From the NCBI GenBank assembly GCA_030603385.1, contig JAUVXW010000010.1, positions 1 to 64,000 on the forward strand: DNA of 64,000 nucleotides. The letters run 5' to 3'. A program made the translations under genes and the position numbers. Shown piece after piece: positions 1 through 10,323 of this stretch. Position 1 is the first letter of the stretch. Each line of letters begins with the position of its first letter. Under the pieces are notes generated by a model, which saw only the letters and a program-made list of their open reading frames with translations, made no database searches and had not been told where the DNA came from. The DNA comes from Promethearchaeota archaeon. GTDB lineage: Archaea > Asgardarchaeota > Lokiarchaeia > Sigyniarchaeales > SOKP01.

Positions 1-1217
1 TCGATTATAGCTCTTATATTTCCTGCTAAATCATTTTCTTCCAATCCAAACCTATACACTTTAGGCTCTAGAACCAATGGCACTATTTCGGGATAAAAAT
101 AAGGTAAAATTATTTTACCGTAATTACCCGGAGGTATTGTGTTTAAAATCTCTGAAAACTGAGCCCAACTTAGACTGAATTTTTCCCTAATTTTTTCTCT
201 CGCCAATGAGCCATTTTTATAACATATCAAACTCATGTAATCTCCTGTTGGAGCACCAAAAACATGCCCTTCTCCATTTAAATCTAGTAAAAGTCTTTTC
301 AAATAGCCAAAATATGTATCGCTTGTTCCTAAACTAATAGCAACTTTACCTTTTCCAATGATTCCAGTGCCTATTAAACTATTTGGATTATCTCCAGACC
401 ATGCGACTAGAAGTGTTTCCGGATTAAACCCATATTTCTCAATAAAGTAAGTTGAAATTTTACCAATAACATCATATGAGTTAGAAAGGCTAGGAAGTTT
501 TTCTTTTAACGAGGGTGCTGTAGCTTTTAATGCCCTATTATCCCATTGTTTAGTTTCAATATTCATTAAATTCATCCCTGATCCATCACCGTGATCTATA
601 GGAGCATTTTTTCCCAGTAAAATTGAAGCCAAATAAGAACTTACTAAATGTATTATTGAGGTTTTTTTATATTCTTCAGTATGTTCTTGATAAAATTTAC
701 GTATTTGTGGACCTGAAAAACGCTCAAATGTATTTGATCCAGTTAGTTTTATAGTCTCTCTCATACCGCCCAATGTATTGCGAATTTCTTCACATTGTTT
801 TGAAGCGCTTGAATCCATCCATATTGGAGATGATTTACGTGTAAAACAATCATTAATTTGATCAACGATAAATTCATTAGGGCTTAGGTTTTGAAGTTTT
901 TTCTCGAATTTATCGTTTAAATACACAGTACCATGTTGTTGTCCGGAACCAGAAATTGCTTTTATCTCTTGTAATTGGATTTCTTTTTTCTTCATTATTC
1001 CAAAGAGAATATCTAATGCTTCAACCCACATTAAAGGATATGAATGTATTACTTTATTATCGTTAGATATTATAATGCCATTTTTCGTATGATAATGAGG
1101 TAAATCTCTATCGTAATTAATACTGTGTCTATAGATGATCTTCTTAGAATTAAAATTTATTATAAAAGCAGTTAAACTCTGCGTTGAGCAATCCAATCCG
1201 AGAAAATAATCGAACAT
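1..1217 (-). CDS. xylB: Xylulokinase (FGGY family, XYLB/Xks1-like), truncated by the window edge
   Basis: Not in the ORF track. Manual translation from ATG at 1217 gives MFDYFLGLDCSTQSL, then SGSGQQHGTVYLN, SPIWMDSS, ERFSGPQIRK and DHGDGSGMNL, which are xylulokinase motifs. Confidence 0.85.
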   Translation of the reverse strand, partial: MFDYFLGLDCSTQSLTAFIINFNSKKIIYRHSINYDRDLPHYHTKNGIIISNDNKVIHSYPLMWVEALDILFGIMKKKEIQLQEIKAISGSGQQHGTVYLNDKFEKKLQNLSPNEFIVDQINDCFTRKSSPIWMDSSASKQCEEIRNTLGGMRETIKLTGSNTFERFSGPQIRKFYQEHTEEYKKTSIIHLVSSYLASILLGKNAPIDHGDGSGMNLMNIETKQWDNRALKATAPSLKEKLPSLSNSYDVIGKISTYFIEKYGFNPETLLVAWSGDNPNSLIGTGIIGKGKVAISLGTSDTYFGYLKRLLLDLNGEGHVFGAPTGDYMSLICYKNGSLAREKIREKFSLSWAQFSEILNTIPPGNYGKIILPYFYPEIVPLVLEPKVYRFGLEENDLAGNIRAII

Positions 1218-1341
1218 GATTTTTCTATGTTTTTAATATTAATGAATCTTTTTATAATATTTTTTACCAAGATTTCTGAAAAATTTAAAACAAGCTAAAT
1301 TATAAATCTACATAAAAAACGAATTATCTCGAAAAACTTTT

Positions 1342-1680
1342 TTAATCCGGAATTAATAATTCCGATAAATCTTTACCTATCAATTCTCTTCCTTTTTTGC
1401 TTGTAACTGAAGCTGCTATCTCAAACCTATACCCCTCAATAGCTTCAGCATACATAGTTAAGCGTCTAACGAAATAATTTATTGCTTCTTCAAAATCTTC
1501 TGGTTTTGCTTCAAATATACCTGAACCCTTTAATCCACTTTTAGTTGCCCATGTTTCCCATGCTATTGCTGGTTTTATTACAGGAGGAAATGGAAATACC
1601 TGCTCAACTTCAAGATATTTTTTCCCCACAGCATCACTTTTTTCGACAGGATACCATACATTGATTAAAATTCTTATCAT
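1342..1680 (-). CDS. Hypothetical protein
   Basis: 112-aa ORF with protein-like composition, co-oriented with its neighbours; no family recognised. Confidence 0.7.
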   Translation of the reverse strand: MIRILINVWYPVEKSDAVGKKYLEVEQVFPFPPVIKPAIAWETWATKSGLKGSGIFEAKPEDFEEAINYFVRRLTMYAEAIEGYRFEIAASVTSKKGRELIGKDLSELLIPD

Positions 1681-1784
1681 TGTTTTACTAATCTTTTTAC
1701 TTTGTAATTGAAAAATAGAAAATGGGGAACCTTATAAATTTTGTTTGAAGCTTTAGATTATTTAAAAATCTAATTTTGTTTAGG

Positions 1785-2936
1785 CTATAAAGATTTAACG
1801 AATTTTTCAATTCTGTCCATGGCCTCTTTAAGTTTCTCCATTTCTGTTGCATATGAAATTCTAATCATATGATCTGAAAATGTCCCAAAAATCGAACCGG
1901 GTACTATTGCAACAGCATGTTCTTTCATAATATCTCTTGAAAATCTTACTCCAGTTATATTAAACTTCTTAGTTGAGGGCATAATATAAAAAGCTCCAAG
2001 AGGTTTGACAATATCAAACCCGATTTCTTGTAATCTATTATAAACAAATAATCGTCTTTTTTCAAAACTTTCCCAAATCTTATCAAAAAACTTAATATCC
2101 ATCTTTAAAGCTTCAATAAAGCCATATTGAGCTGCATGATTAGTACCAGCAACCGTATATTGATGATATTTTTCCATAAGATCAATTAATTCTTTAGAAG
2201 CAACAACATAACCTAGTCTAAATCCTGTAGCTGAAAACAATTTTGACATAGCATTTACAGTTATTGTACGTTCGAACATTTCATTTAAAGATGCCGGACT
2301 TGTATGTTTTAAATCTTCATATATGTAATTTTCGTATACTTCATCCGAAATCAGATATAAATCGTTTTTTATTGCTATATCAACAATTTCTTTTAATTCT
2401 TTTAATCTTAAGGCATAACCGGTAGGGTTGTTTGGAGAACTGATAAGAATTGCTTTAGTTTTATCTGTAATTGAATTTTTAATCCCCTCAATATTGGTGC
2501 TGAAATCATCTTTTCTTTCAACTTCTATCACTTTTACTCCAAAAAATAGGGCACAATAGAAATAAGATACAAAATTTGGAGAAGAAATGATTAATTCGTC
2601 GCCAGGATTAAAAATTGAAGCATATGCTAGAGTAATCGCTTGACTTCCCCCATTTGAAACTATGATATTTTCGTTCCAATTAGATTTAATATTATTTACT
2701 TTGATCAATTTATGTTCTAATTGCTGCAATAGCTCGGGCACTCCTCTTGTAGGAGCATACATTGTAATATTCTTCTTTAAAGCATTAATATTTCCTTGTA
2801 TAACAGGTTTTGGTGTTTGAAAATCTGGTTGACCAATCCCTAAACTTATTACATCGGTACGCCCCAAAGCAAGATCAAACAATTCTCGAATAGCTGATTT
2901 AGGAGCCTTTGATACTCTATGAGACACTTCTTTCAT
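1785..2936 (-). CDS. PLP-dependent aminotransferase class I/II (aspartate aminotransferase-like)
   Basis: Motifs LGIGQPDF, SPNNPTG, ISDEVY and SKLFSATGFRLGY (PLP lysine). Confidence 0.92.
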   Translation of the reverse strand: MKEVSHRVSKAPKSAIRELFDLALGRTDVISLGIGQPDFQTPKPVIQGNINALKKNITMYAPTRGVPELLQQLEHKLIKVNNIKSNWNENIIVSNGGSQAITLAYASIFNPGDELIISSPNFVSYFYCALFFGVKVIEVERKDDFSTNIEGIKNSITDKTKAILISSPNNPTGYALRLKELKEIVDIAIKNDLYLISDEVYENYIYEDLKHTSPASLNEMFERTITVNAMSKLFSATGFRLGYVVASKELIDLMEKYHQYTVAGTNHAAQYGFIEALKMDIKFFDKIWESFEKRRLFVYNRLQEIGFDIVKPLGAFYIMPSTKKFNITGVRFSRDIMKEHAVAIVPGSIFGTFSDHMIRISYATEMEKLKEAMDRIEKFVKSL

Positions 2937-3024
2937 AACAAATACTCTTTATAAATAATTCTGAAATAATTTAGATCTAAATATAATAATACAAAAAAGA
3001 GTCTTTTCAAATTATTAAAATTTT

Positions 3025-3582
3025 TTAAACATTTACCCCGTGATTACTTAAAATCTGTTTCACTAAGAGCAAAAAGGCTTCCTCTATATTTTCTCCTAAT
3101 TTTGCACTAGTTTCGATAAAATGACTAGCTTTAATTTTTTCTGCTAAATCCTTTCCTTTTTCAGTAGGAACAACTCTATCATTTGTTAAATCAATTTTAT
3201 TTCCTATTAAAACATAAACTCCTTCTTTTCGAATATATTTCTTAAAATCCCGCAACCATCTAGATTTTATATTATCAAATGTATTATAGCGAGTAACGTC
3301 ATAGACAAGTAGAGCGCCTTCACATCCTTGAAAGTACATTGAGCGAATCACGTTATATTTCTCTTGTCCGGCTAAATCCCACATTATTAGTCGTACTTTA
3401 GTACTTTCCTCTATGTTAACATCTTTTCTTATAATATTTGCGCCTAGTGTTGGCTTATAATCATCTTGAAAGCTGTCCTCACAAAACCGGTTAAGAAGTG
3501 AGGTTTTGCCAACGGCAGCTTCACCCAAAACCGTGATTTTAAATACAAATTCTCGAATTTCCTTAGTTTCTTCCATATTCAT
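3025..3582 (-). CDS. Rab-like small GTPase
   Basis: G1 GEAAVGKT, G2 PTLG, G3 WDLAGQE, G4 NKID, G5 ETSAK; no C-terminal prenylation cysteines. Confidence 0.95.
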   Translation of the reverse strand: MNMEETKEIREFVFKITVLGEAAVGKTSLLNRFCEDSFQDDYKPTLGANIIRKDVNIEESTKVRLIMWDLAGQEKYNVIRSMYFQGCEGALLVYDVTRYNTFDNIKSRWLRDFKKYIRKEGVYVLIGNKIDLTNDRVVPTEKGKDLAEKIKASHFIETSAKLGENIEEAFLLLVKQILSNHGVNV

Positions 3583-3781
3583 TTTGCATTTAATATATTA
3601 TCTTTAGTATATTTAAGACTATCAACAAATCTTGATCTTAAATGTTCGCTTAAGTGGATTTATTTATATTAATTTGTATTTTAACTTCCAACTATTTAAT
3701 ATTTTCCTCATTTAATTATAACAAAAAATTTAACTAGGTCTTTATAATATTTCAGATCTTACATTGGTACTTTTATTACTT

Positions 3782-4345
3782 TTAATACTTTTTTTCCATT
3801 TTTAATTTTAGAATAAAAGTATTGTGATTTGGATCATCTAAGTCTTCTTTATCTCCAAAATGAGTTATTCTGTATTCTGAGGGGAGTGACTTTTCTAAAG
3901 AATTTACTAAAAATCCTTTGAACATATCACATGGTACTCCAATTTCAGAGCAAAAAATACATTTTTGAACCAATACAACAATAAGGTCTTTGTCACTTTT
4001 TATAATTTCAACTTTCCAATCAGTAATTATAATTGAATTTATTTCTGAGATAATTTCCTCGAAGTTTTTTCCATAGGGAAACAAATAAAAGGAGAATTTC
4101 TTCCCAATTTCAAAAAGAAGCATAGAAGAATCATATAATAAACAATTTTGAGCAGCAATAATTTTTTTAAAAGAGAAAAAATCTAAATAGCGATTTTGAT
4201 CTTTATCTCTTATGTTTTTTAAATGGAGCATTTCGGCTTCTTTCAAAATGGATTTCATTCCATCATAATCAAGTATATCGTGATAAGCCTGAAGAAGCGC
4301 GGTTACAACTTTATACTTTACTTCTCCTTTATAATCTCCAATCAT
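3782..4345 (-). CDS. V4R-domain protein (V4R/HNOB/Bet3-related fold)
   Basis: Helical N-terminal half ending LFEIGKKF, then the V4R-type signature CIFC...PCDMFKGFL. Confidence 0.65.
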   Translation of the reverse strand: MIGDYKGEVKYKVVTALLQAYHDILDYDGMKSILKEAEMLHLKNIRDKDQNRYLDFFSFKKIIAAQNCLLYDSSMLLFEIGKKFSFYLFPYGKNFEEIISEINSIIITDWKVEIIKSDKDLIVVLVQKCIFCSEIGVPCDMFKGFLVNSLEKSLPSEYRITHFGDKEDLDDPNHNTFILKLKMEKKY

Positions 4346-4406
4346 CTTTTCTTAAATTTTATAAATTTTATTTTAAAAATTGATAATATCTATAGATCAT
4401 ATATTT

Positions 4407-4952
4407 TTAGTTGAATTTAATATTAATACCAAAATTGCTTAATGCTTGAGCTACCAATCTTCTAAATGCTATTTCAACATTATTGCCAAATTTTGCACTT
4501 GTCTCAATAAAATCGCTTGTTTGAATTTCTTCAGCTAAACTTTGACCCTTTTCTGTAGATACTGTATGTGATTCTTTTAAATCAACTTTATTTCCAATTA
4601 AAATATAAACTCCATCTGAGCGTGCAAATTTTCTGAAATCTTCGAGCCATTTTGATTGAATTCGATCAAAGGTAGCAGGTCTAGTAATATCATATACAAG
4701 AAGGCTTCCAACACATCCTTCAAAAAACATCTTTCGGGTTAAATCGTATTTATCTTGACCAGCAATATCCCAAATAGCAAGTTGAATTTCATATTCTTCG
4801 ATTTTCAACTTCTTCATTACTATATTAACTCCTAAAGTCGGTTGATAGTTCTCTTTAAAACCTTCTTCAGTATAACGGTTTATCAAGGAAGTTTTACCTA
4901 CGGCTGGATCTCCGAGTAAAGCCAATTTCATTATGATTTTCTTATCAGTCAT
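4407..4952 (-). CDS. Rab-like small GTPase
   Basis: Motifs GDPAVGKT, PTLG, WDIAGQD, NKVD and ETSAK. Confidence 0.95.
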   Translation of the reverse strand: MTDKKIIMKLALLGDPAVGKTSLINRYTEEGFKENYQPTLGVNIVMKKLKIEEYEIQLAIWDIAGQDKYDLTRKMFFEGCVGSLLVYDITRPATFDRIQSKWLEDFRKFARSDGVYILIGNKVDLKESHTVSTEKGQSLAEEIQTSDFIETSAKFGNNVEIAFRRLVAQALSNFGINIKFN

Positions 4953-4969
4953 TTTATACCATCTAATTT

Positions 4970-5398
4970 CTAGATATCTAGCAAGGATAAATCAAATCGA
5001 GGATCAATTACCCGATTTAGCTTTTTATCAATTTCAAAGATGTACACCTCACCTGTTATTGAGACTATACTTGGTTGAAATAAATGACCTCCAAATATAT
5101 TATAGTCTTTAGTTCCTATAGAAATATGAAGGTGAACTATTGGTTCTCCATCTTTAAATGATATATTACCCATACATGAAACTAATTCAACATACTCATC
5201 AAATGTCTTTTTCAAATATTCTTTTGAATCAATGTCTAAATATCCTAAAGTGTATTTCTTCAAAGCTCCTATACAATTAATTAAACCCGATTTGAGATTA
5301 TGGATTTTTATCATTTGGATTATTGAATCAATTAAATCTTCATCTGGCTCAACTTTACCAACTATTACCCGTTTAATATTAGTTTGGATACTTTTCAA
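4970..5398 (-). CDS. PPC-domain (DUF296) protein
   Basis: Motifs ELVSCMGNIS, VHLHISIG and FGGHL. Confidence 0.88.
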   Translation of the reverse strand: MKSIQTNIKRVIVGKVEPDEDLIDSIIQMIKIHNLKSGLINCIGALKKYTLGYLDIDSKEYLKKTFDEYVELVSCMGNISFKDGEPIVHLHISIGTKDYNIFGGHLFQPSIVSITGEVYIFEIDKKLNRVIDPRFDLSLLDI

Positions 5399-5569
5399 GT
5401 TTATTCATCTATATGAGTTATTTATACATATCTGATAGATTCAGATTTTTTATATTTGAGCTAAAAAGGTAATTGTTATTCTTTGGTATAAAACAACCAT
5501 AATTAAAATACCATCACATTTTTAAAATTAATTAACCTTATTTATAATATAAACGTGGATGTGGATGTT

Positions 5570-5644
5570 ATGAATAAAAACACTAATTTCTTGAAATCAA
5601 TACAAAATATGATTATTATCACATCCCAAATTATTATTAGTTAA
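5570..5644 (+). promoter_or_regulatory. Putative Ile-rich leader peptide (uORF) of ileS, MNKNTNFLKSIQNMIIITSQIIIS*
   Basis: 24 codons, 7 of them Ile (two III runs), ending 155 nt before ileS; preceded by GTGGATGTGGA; complementary segments at 5620-5626 and 5683-5691; T9 tract at 5745-5753. Confidence 0.55.
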
Positions 5645-5799
5645 ATTCTTTTCTTTATAAAGCGAATTTTAATAACTCTTACTCCACATCCTGCTTCATA
5701 AACAAAGAGAATGGTAATTTAAATCCTAAAATTTCGAATAAATATTTTTTTTTATTAATTAGTTTAATGAACGAAAAAGTTACAAATATGGTGTAAAAT

Positions 5800-8655
5800 A
5801 TGTCGTATAATGAAAAAGAAATAGAACTCATCCAATTTTGGAAGGATAATAAAATTTTTGAAAAAAGTGTTGAGCAAAGACCTGAGAAAAATCCATATAT
5901 ATTCTATGATGGTCCCCCGTTTGCAACAGGATTACCGCATTACGGTCATATATTAAGTTTTGTTTCCAAAGATGTATTTCCAAGATACTGGACGATGAGA
6001 GGGTACCGTTGTGAGAGAAAGTGGGGTTGGGATTGTCATGGTCTTCCAATAGAAAGCATTTGTGAAAAAGCTCTAAATTTAAAGCGAAAGAATGAAATAT
6101 ATGAGATGGGTATATCAAATTTCAATGAATTTTGTCGATCAAAAGTACTATGGTACACTAATGAATGGAAAAATACTGTTGAACGAATGGGTAAATGGAT
6201 AGAGTTTGATAATTCCTATAAAACCATGGATAATACATATATGGAAACTGTGTGGTATATTTTTAAGAAAATCTATAATGAAGGATTTGTATATAAGGGT
6301 AAAAAAGTATTGTTTTATTGTCCTCGGTGTGAAACTCCACTTTCTAATTTCGAAATTTCTATGGATAACAGCTATAAGGATATTACTGAAGAATCTATAA
6401 CAGCAAAATTTAAGTTGAAAGAAGAACCAAGAACATTTCTTCTAGCTTGGACTACAACACCCTGGACTTTAATAGGAAATGTGGCTTTAGCCATAAATAG
6501 TGAACTGAAATATGTTAAAATAAAAGTTGATGATGAATTTTTAATTTTGATTAAAAACAAATTGGATATTATCAAAGATGAATATGAAATCATTGAAGAA
6601 TTTAAGGGAAAAGAGCTAATAAATAAAAATTATGACCCCTTATATCAGATCTCCTCCAATAGCAACGGAAATGGTCATATTGTTATTGATGGTGGTGAGG
6701 ATGTACTATCTGATGAAGGAACAGGAATTATACATCTAGCAATATACGGAGAATTTGATTATGAGATGATAAAAAAGTATGATTTGCCCATAATTCAACA
6801 TATTGATGAACATGGTGAGTTGACAAGTGGTCCGAAAGATTGGATTGGGATGTGGTTTAAAGATGTAGACGAAGAAGTCTTGGAGGACTTGAAACAGAGG
6901 AATCTTTTATTCAATTCGGAAGATTACACACATTCTTATCCATTTTGTTATAGATGTGATACCCCATTAATTTACAACGCTCTTGATGCGTGGTTTATAA
7001 ATATTCAACGAATAAAACCGCGACTCCTGGAAACCATTGAAAAAATCAAGTGGTATCCTAAAGCGATTTCTAACAGATATCAAAACATAGTTGAAACGGC
7101 TCCTGACTGGTGTATTTCTAGAAATCGGTTTTGGGCTACGGCTATACCAATTTGGTTGTGTGAGGAATGTAACGAAATTAAAGTGATTGGTTCTATTAAA
7201 GAATTACAAGAGAACGCGGTCGAAGAAGTTCCTGACAATTTAGATCTACACAGACATATAGTTGATGAGATACATATTAGATGCCCAAGTTGTAAAAAAG
7301 TCATGAATCGTATCTCCGAAGTATTTGATTGCTGGTTGGAATCAGGATCAATGCCATATGCCGCAAAACATTATCCATTTGAAAATGTGGAATGGTTTAA
7401 AACCAATTTTCCTAGCGATTTTGTTTCAGAATATATTGGACAGGTTAGAGCATGGTTCTACTATATGCATGTAATTTCAATCCTTTTATTTAACGAAATT
7501 CCTTTTAAAAATGTCGTTGTAAATGGCAATATCCTCGCTGAGGACGGAACTAAAATGTCAAAGTCAAAGAGAAATTTCCCAGATCCGAATCTAATTGTTG
7601 AAAAATATGGGGCTGATGCTTTAAGGATCTATCTTTTATCTTCGCAGTTAATGAGGGCTCAGGACTTAAACTTTAAAGAAGAGATAGTTAAGCAAGTTTA
7701 TCGAAGATTTAATTTATTGTTAATAAATGTACTAAAATTCTATTCAATGATTGAAAACAACGATCTGGCTATTAATCTAACCAGTTCAGATAATATCTTA
7801 GATAAATGGATTATTAGTATGCTTAATGTCCTAATTCGTGATGTTACTCAACGAATGGATGACTACGATACTTCAGAAGCAAGTAGGTTATTCTTTAATT
7901 TTATCGAAGATCTCTCTACCTGGTATATTAAAAACAGCAGAGATCGGTTTAAAAGTGAGAATGAAAATATAAAACTATCCGCGATGAATACATTATCGTA
8001 TATACTTTCTAATCTATCAAAACTCCTAGCTCCTCTTACTCCATTTATTTCTGAGATGATCTACCAAAAAATGAAAAAAGAAGGAATAGTTCATTTAAAT
8101 TCTGTCCATTTGGAACCTTGGCCCGTATTTAATGAAAAATTGATTAATCTTAAAATACATGAGAAAATGGTACTAACAAGAGAAATTGTAAAGAAATCAT
8201 TAGAATTAAGAGAAAATTCTAAAATTCCTGTTAGGCAGATTCTACAGAAAATAATATTAAAGGGAGGAAGTCTTAAAAATGAGTATTTAGATGTGATTGC
8301 AAGAGCTATTAATGTGAGAAATGTTATAATTGAAACGGGAGAAGAAAAGGAGCTCTTAGTTGATTTAGATACAGAAATTACATCAGAATTAAAGCTTGAA
8401 GGTATTGCGAGAAATCTAATTAGGCATTTGAATAATTATAGAAAAAAATTGAATCTATCAACAAAAAATAGAATTGATCTCTACATAACAACAAATAATA
8501 AAGAAGTCATAGAAGCACTTGAAACGCACGAGGAAAGAATTAAAAAATTGATACAGGCAGATAACATTATTAGAAATGTTGAAGATAAGATGAAAGGGAA
8601 AAAATTCAAAATAGACAACAACATAATTGAAGCATATATAGAGGTAAAAAATTAG
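5800..8655 (+). CDS. ileS: Isoleucyl-tRNA synthetase (type 2, archaeal/eukaryotic-like)
   Basis: Motifs DGPPFATGLPHYGH, GWDCHGLP, WTTTPWTL, DWCISRNRFW and KMSKS. Confidence 0.97.
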   Translation: MSYNEKEIELIQFWKDNKIFEKSVEQRPEKNPYIFYDGPPFATGLPHYGHILSFVSKDVFPRYWTMRGYRCERKWGWDCHGLPIESICEKALNLKRKNEIYEMGISNFNEFCRSKVLWYTNEWKNTVERMGKWIEFDNSYKTMDNTYMETVWYIFKKIYNEGFVYKGKKVLFYCPRCETPLSNFEISMDNSYKDITEESITAKFKLKEEPRTFLLAWTTTPWTLIGNVALAINSELKYVKIKVDDEFLILIKNKLDIIKDEYEIIEEFKGKELINKNYDPLYQISSNSNGNGHIVIDGGEDVLSDEGTGIIHLAIYGEFDYEMIKKYDLPIIQHIDEHGELTSGPKDWIGMWFKDVDEEVLEDLKQRNLLFNSEDYTHSYPFCYRCDTPLIYNALDAWFINIQRIKPRLLETIEKIKWYPKAISNRYQNIVETAPDWCISRNRFWATAIPIWLCEECNEIKVIGSIKELQENAVEEVPDNLDLHRHIVDEIHIRCPSCKKVMNRISEVFDCWLESGSMPYAAKHYPFENVEWFKTNFPSDFVSEYIGQVRAWFYYMHVISILLFNEIPFKNVVVNGNILAEDGTKMSKSKRNFPDPNLIVEKYGADALRIYLLSSQLMRAQDLNFKEEIVKQVYRRFNLLLINVLKFYSMIENNDLAINLTSSDNILDKWIISMLNVLIRDVTQRMDDYDTSEASRLFFNFIEDLSTWYIKNSRDRFKSENENIKLSAMNTLSYILSNLSKLLAPLTPFISEMIYQKMKKEGIVHLNSVHLEPWPVFNEKLINLKIHEKMVLTREIVKKSLELRENSKIPVRQILQKIILKGGSLKNEYLDVIARAINVRNVIIETGEEKELLVDLDTEITSELKLEGIARNLIRHLNNYRKKLNLSTKNRIDLYITTNNKEVIEALETHEERIKKLIQADNIIRNVEDKMKGKKFKIDNNIIEAYIEVKN

Positions 8656-8715
8656 TTTCTTTATTTTTCAATATCAAAATAAAATTACAACTCCGTAAAA
8701 TTATTATATTTTTTT

Positions 8716-10155
8716 ATGCTTTTCTTAGTTATGCTCAAAATCTATAATACAATGACAAGAGAGAAAGAAGTTTTTACACCTCTCGAAGAAGGTCATGTGA
8801 AGATCTACACTTGTGGGCAAACGGTTTACGAAAAGTGCCACATTGGCAATGCAAGAACTTACAGTGCATGGGATGTAGTAATTCGTTATTTGAGGTATAA
8901 GGGATATAAAGTACTTCATGTACAAAATTTTACAGATGTAGGTCACTTAACTGATGATGCAGATCAAGGAGAAGATAAGATTGAAAAAAGAGCTCGTGAG
9001 GAAAAAATTAATCCTTGGGAGTTAGTGGAAAGAGAGATTGAAGAATACTGGCACGTTATTGATGATTTGAATATTAATAGACCAAATATTTCTCCAAGAG
9101 CAACCTCGCTTATACCTGAGATGATTATCCTAATTAAAATTCTTTTAGATAAAGGATATGCTTATGAAGTGCAAGGAAATGTTTACTATGATATTACCAA
9201 ATTCAAGGAGTATGGGAAGCTTGCTAGATTAAAACTTGATGAAGAACAAGCAAAAGCCCGAGTTGCCCAAGACCCTCTAAAGAAAAACTATTTTGATTTT
9301 GCTCTGTGGTTGAATGCGAGAAAAGGCGATCAGGTTCATATAATGCGATGGAACTCTCCATGGGGTGAAGGTTACCCTGGTTGGCATCTTGAATGTTCTA
9401 TTATGGCTATGAAATATTTAGGAGAAACTATAGATATCCATGGCGGTGGAATTGATCATATTCCTACCCATCACCCAAATGAGATCGCTCAAGCTGAAGC
9501 TGCAACAGGTAAACAGTTTGTTCGCAATTGGATGCACGCTGAATTTATAACTTTAAATGGTAAAAAAATGAGTAAAAGCCTTGGAAATTATTTAACTGCC
9601 CGTGAACTAATTGATGAACACGGAGGGTTAGTCGTACGCATGGGGTTGGTATCTGGTCATTATAGATCAACTGTTGACTGGAATCCAGATGTTTTAGCAA
9701 ATGCAAAGAAGAATATTGAAAGAATTCAAAATAGTCTAAGTTTAATAAAAGACTCACCTGGGGGCACTAAGACTAATCTAAATCAAGCTACAGAAGAGGT
9801 AAAACAATCATTTGAAGAAGCTATGGATGATGATTTCAACATTCCAAAAGCGCTTGCTGCAATTCACGAATTTATTCGACAAATTAACTCATCACTAGAT
9901 AATAAAAAAGAAATTCTCAATAGAGCAGGTGAAACACTTACTGAATTGCTGGGAGTTTTAGGACTTGATTTCACTAAAAGGAAAGGAATGGACGATGCAA
10001 AAATAAATGAACTAATGGAACTCATAATTACTATTAGAGAAAATGCAAGAAAGGGAAAGAACTATGAATTGAGTGATCAAATTAGAGAAAAATTGCGAGC
10101 TGTAGGCATTCAAATAGAGGATGCTGAAAATGGACCACGTTGGAAAATGATTTAG
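8716..10155 (+). CDS. cysS: Cysteinyl-tRNA synthetase (true start probably ATG 8731, MLKIYNT)
   Basis: Motifs CGQTVY..CHIGN, GYPGWHLECS, DIHGGGIDH..HH.NE and KMSKSLGN. Confidence 0.97.
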   Translation: MLFLVMLKIYNTMTREKEVFTPLEEGHVKIYTCGQTVYEKCHIGNARTYSAWDVVIRYLRYKGYKVLHVQNFTDVGHLTDDADQGEDKIEKRAREEKINPWELVEREIEEYWHVIDDLNINRPNISPRATSLIPEMIILIKILLDKGYAYEVQGNVYYDITKFKEYGKLARLKLDEEQAKARVAQDPLKKNYFDFALWLNARKGDQVHIMRWNSPWGEGYPGWHLECSIMAMKYLGETIDIHGGGIDHIPTHHPNEIAQAEAATGKQFVRNWMHAEFITLNGKKMSKSLGNYLTARELIDEHGGLVVRMGLVSGHYRSTVDWNPDVLANAKKNIERIQNSLSLIKDSPGGTKTNLNQATEEVKQSFEEAMDDDFNIPKALAAIHEFIRQINSSLDNKKEILNRAGETLTELLGVLGLDFTKRKGMDDAKINELMELIITIRENARKGKNYELSDQIREKLRAVGIQIEDAENGPRWKMI

Positions 10156-10323
10156 ATATAACAAGTTTATACATTTGTATAGAACAGATTTATATCACTA
10201 CTCTTTAGAAAGTATTTAAATTTAATTTTAAAACATTAATAAGAAAAAGAAAGTTATATTTTTATTAATTTAAATATCGAAAATTGAATTAAAATAATTG
10301 AATTTAACTTAGGTTGAAAATAA

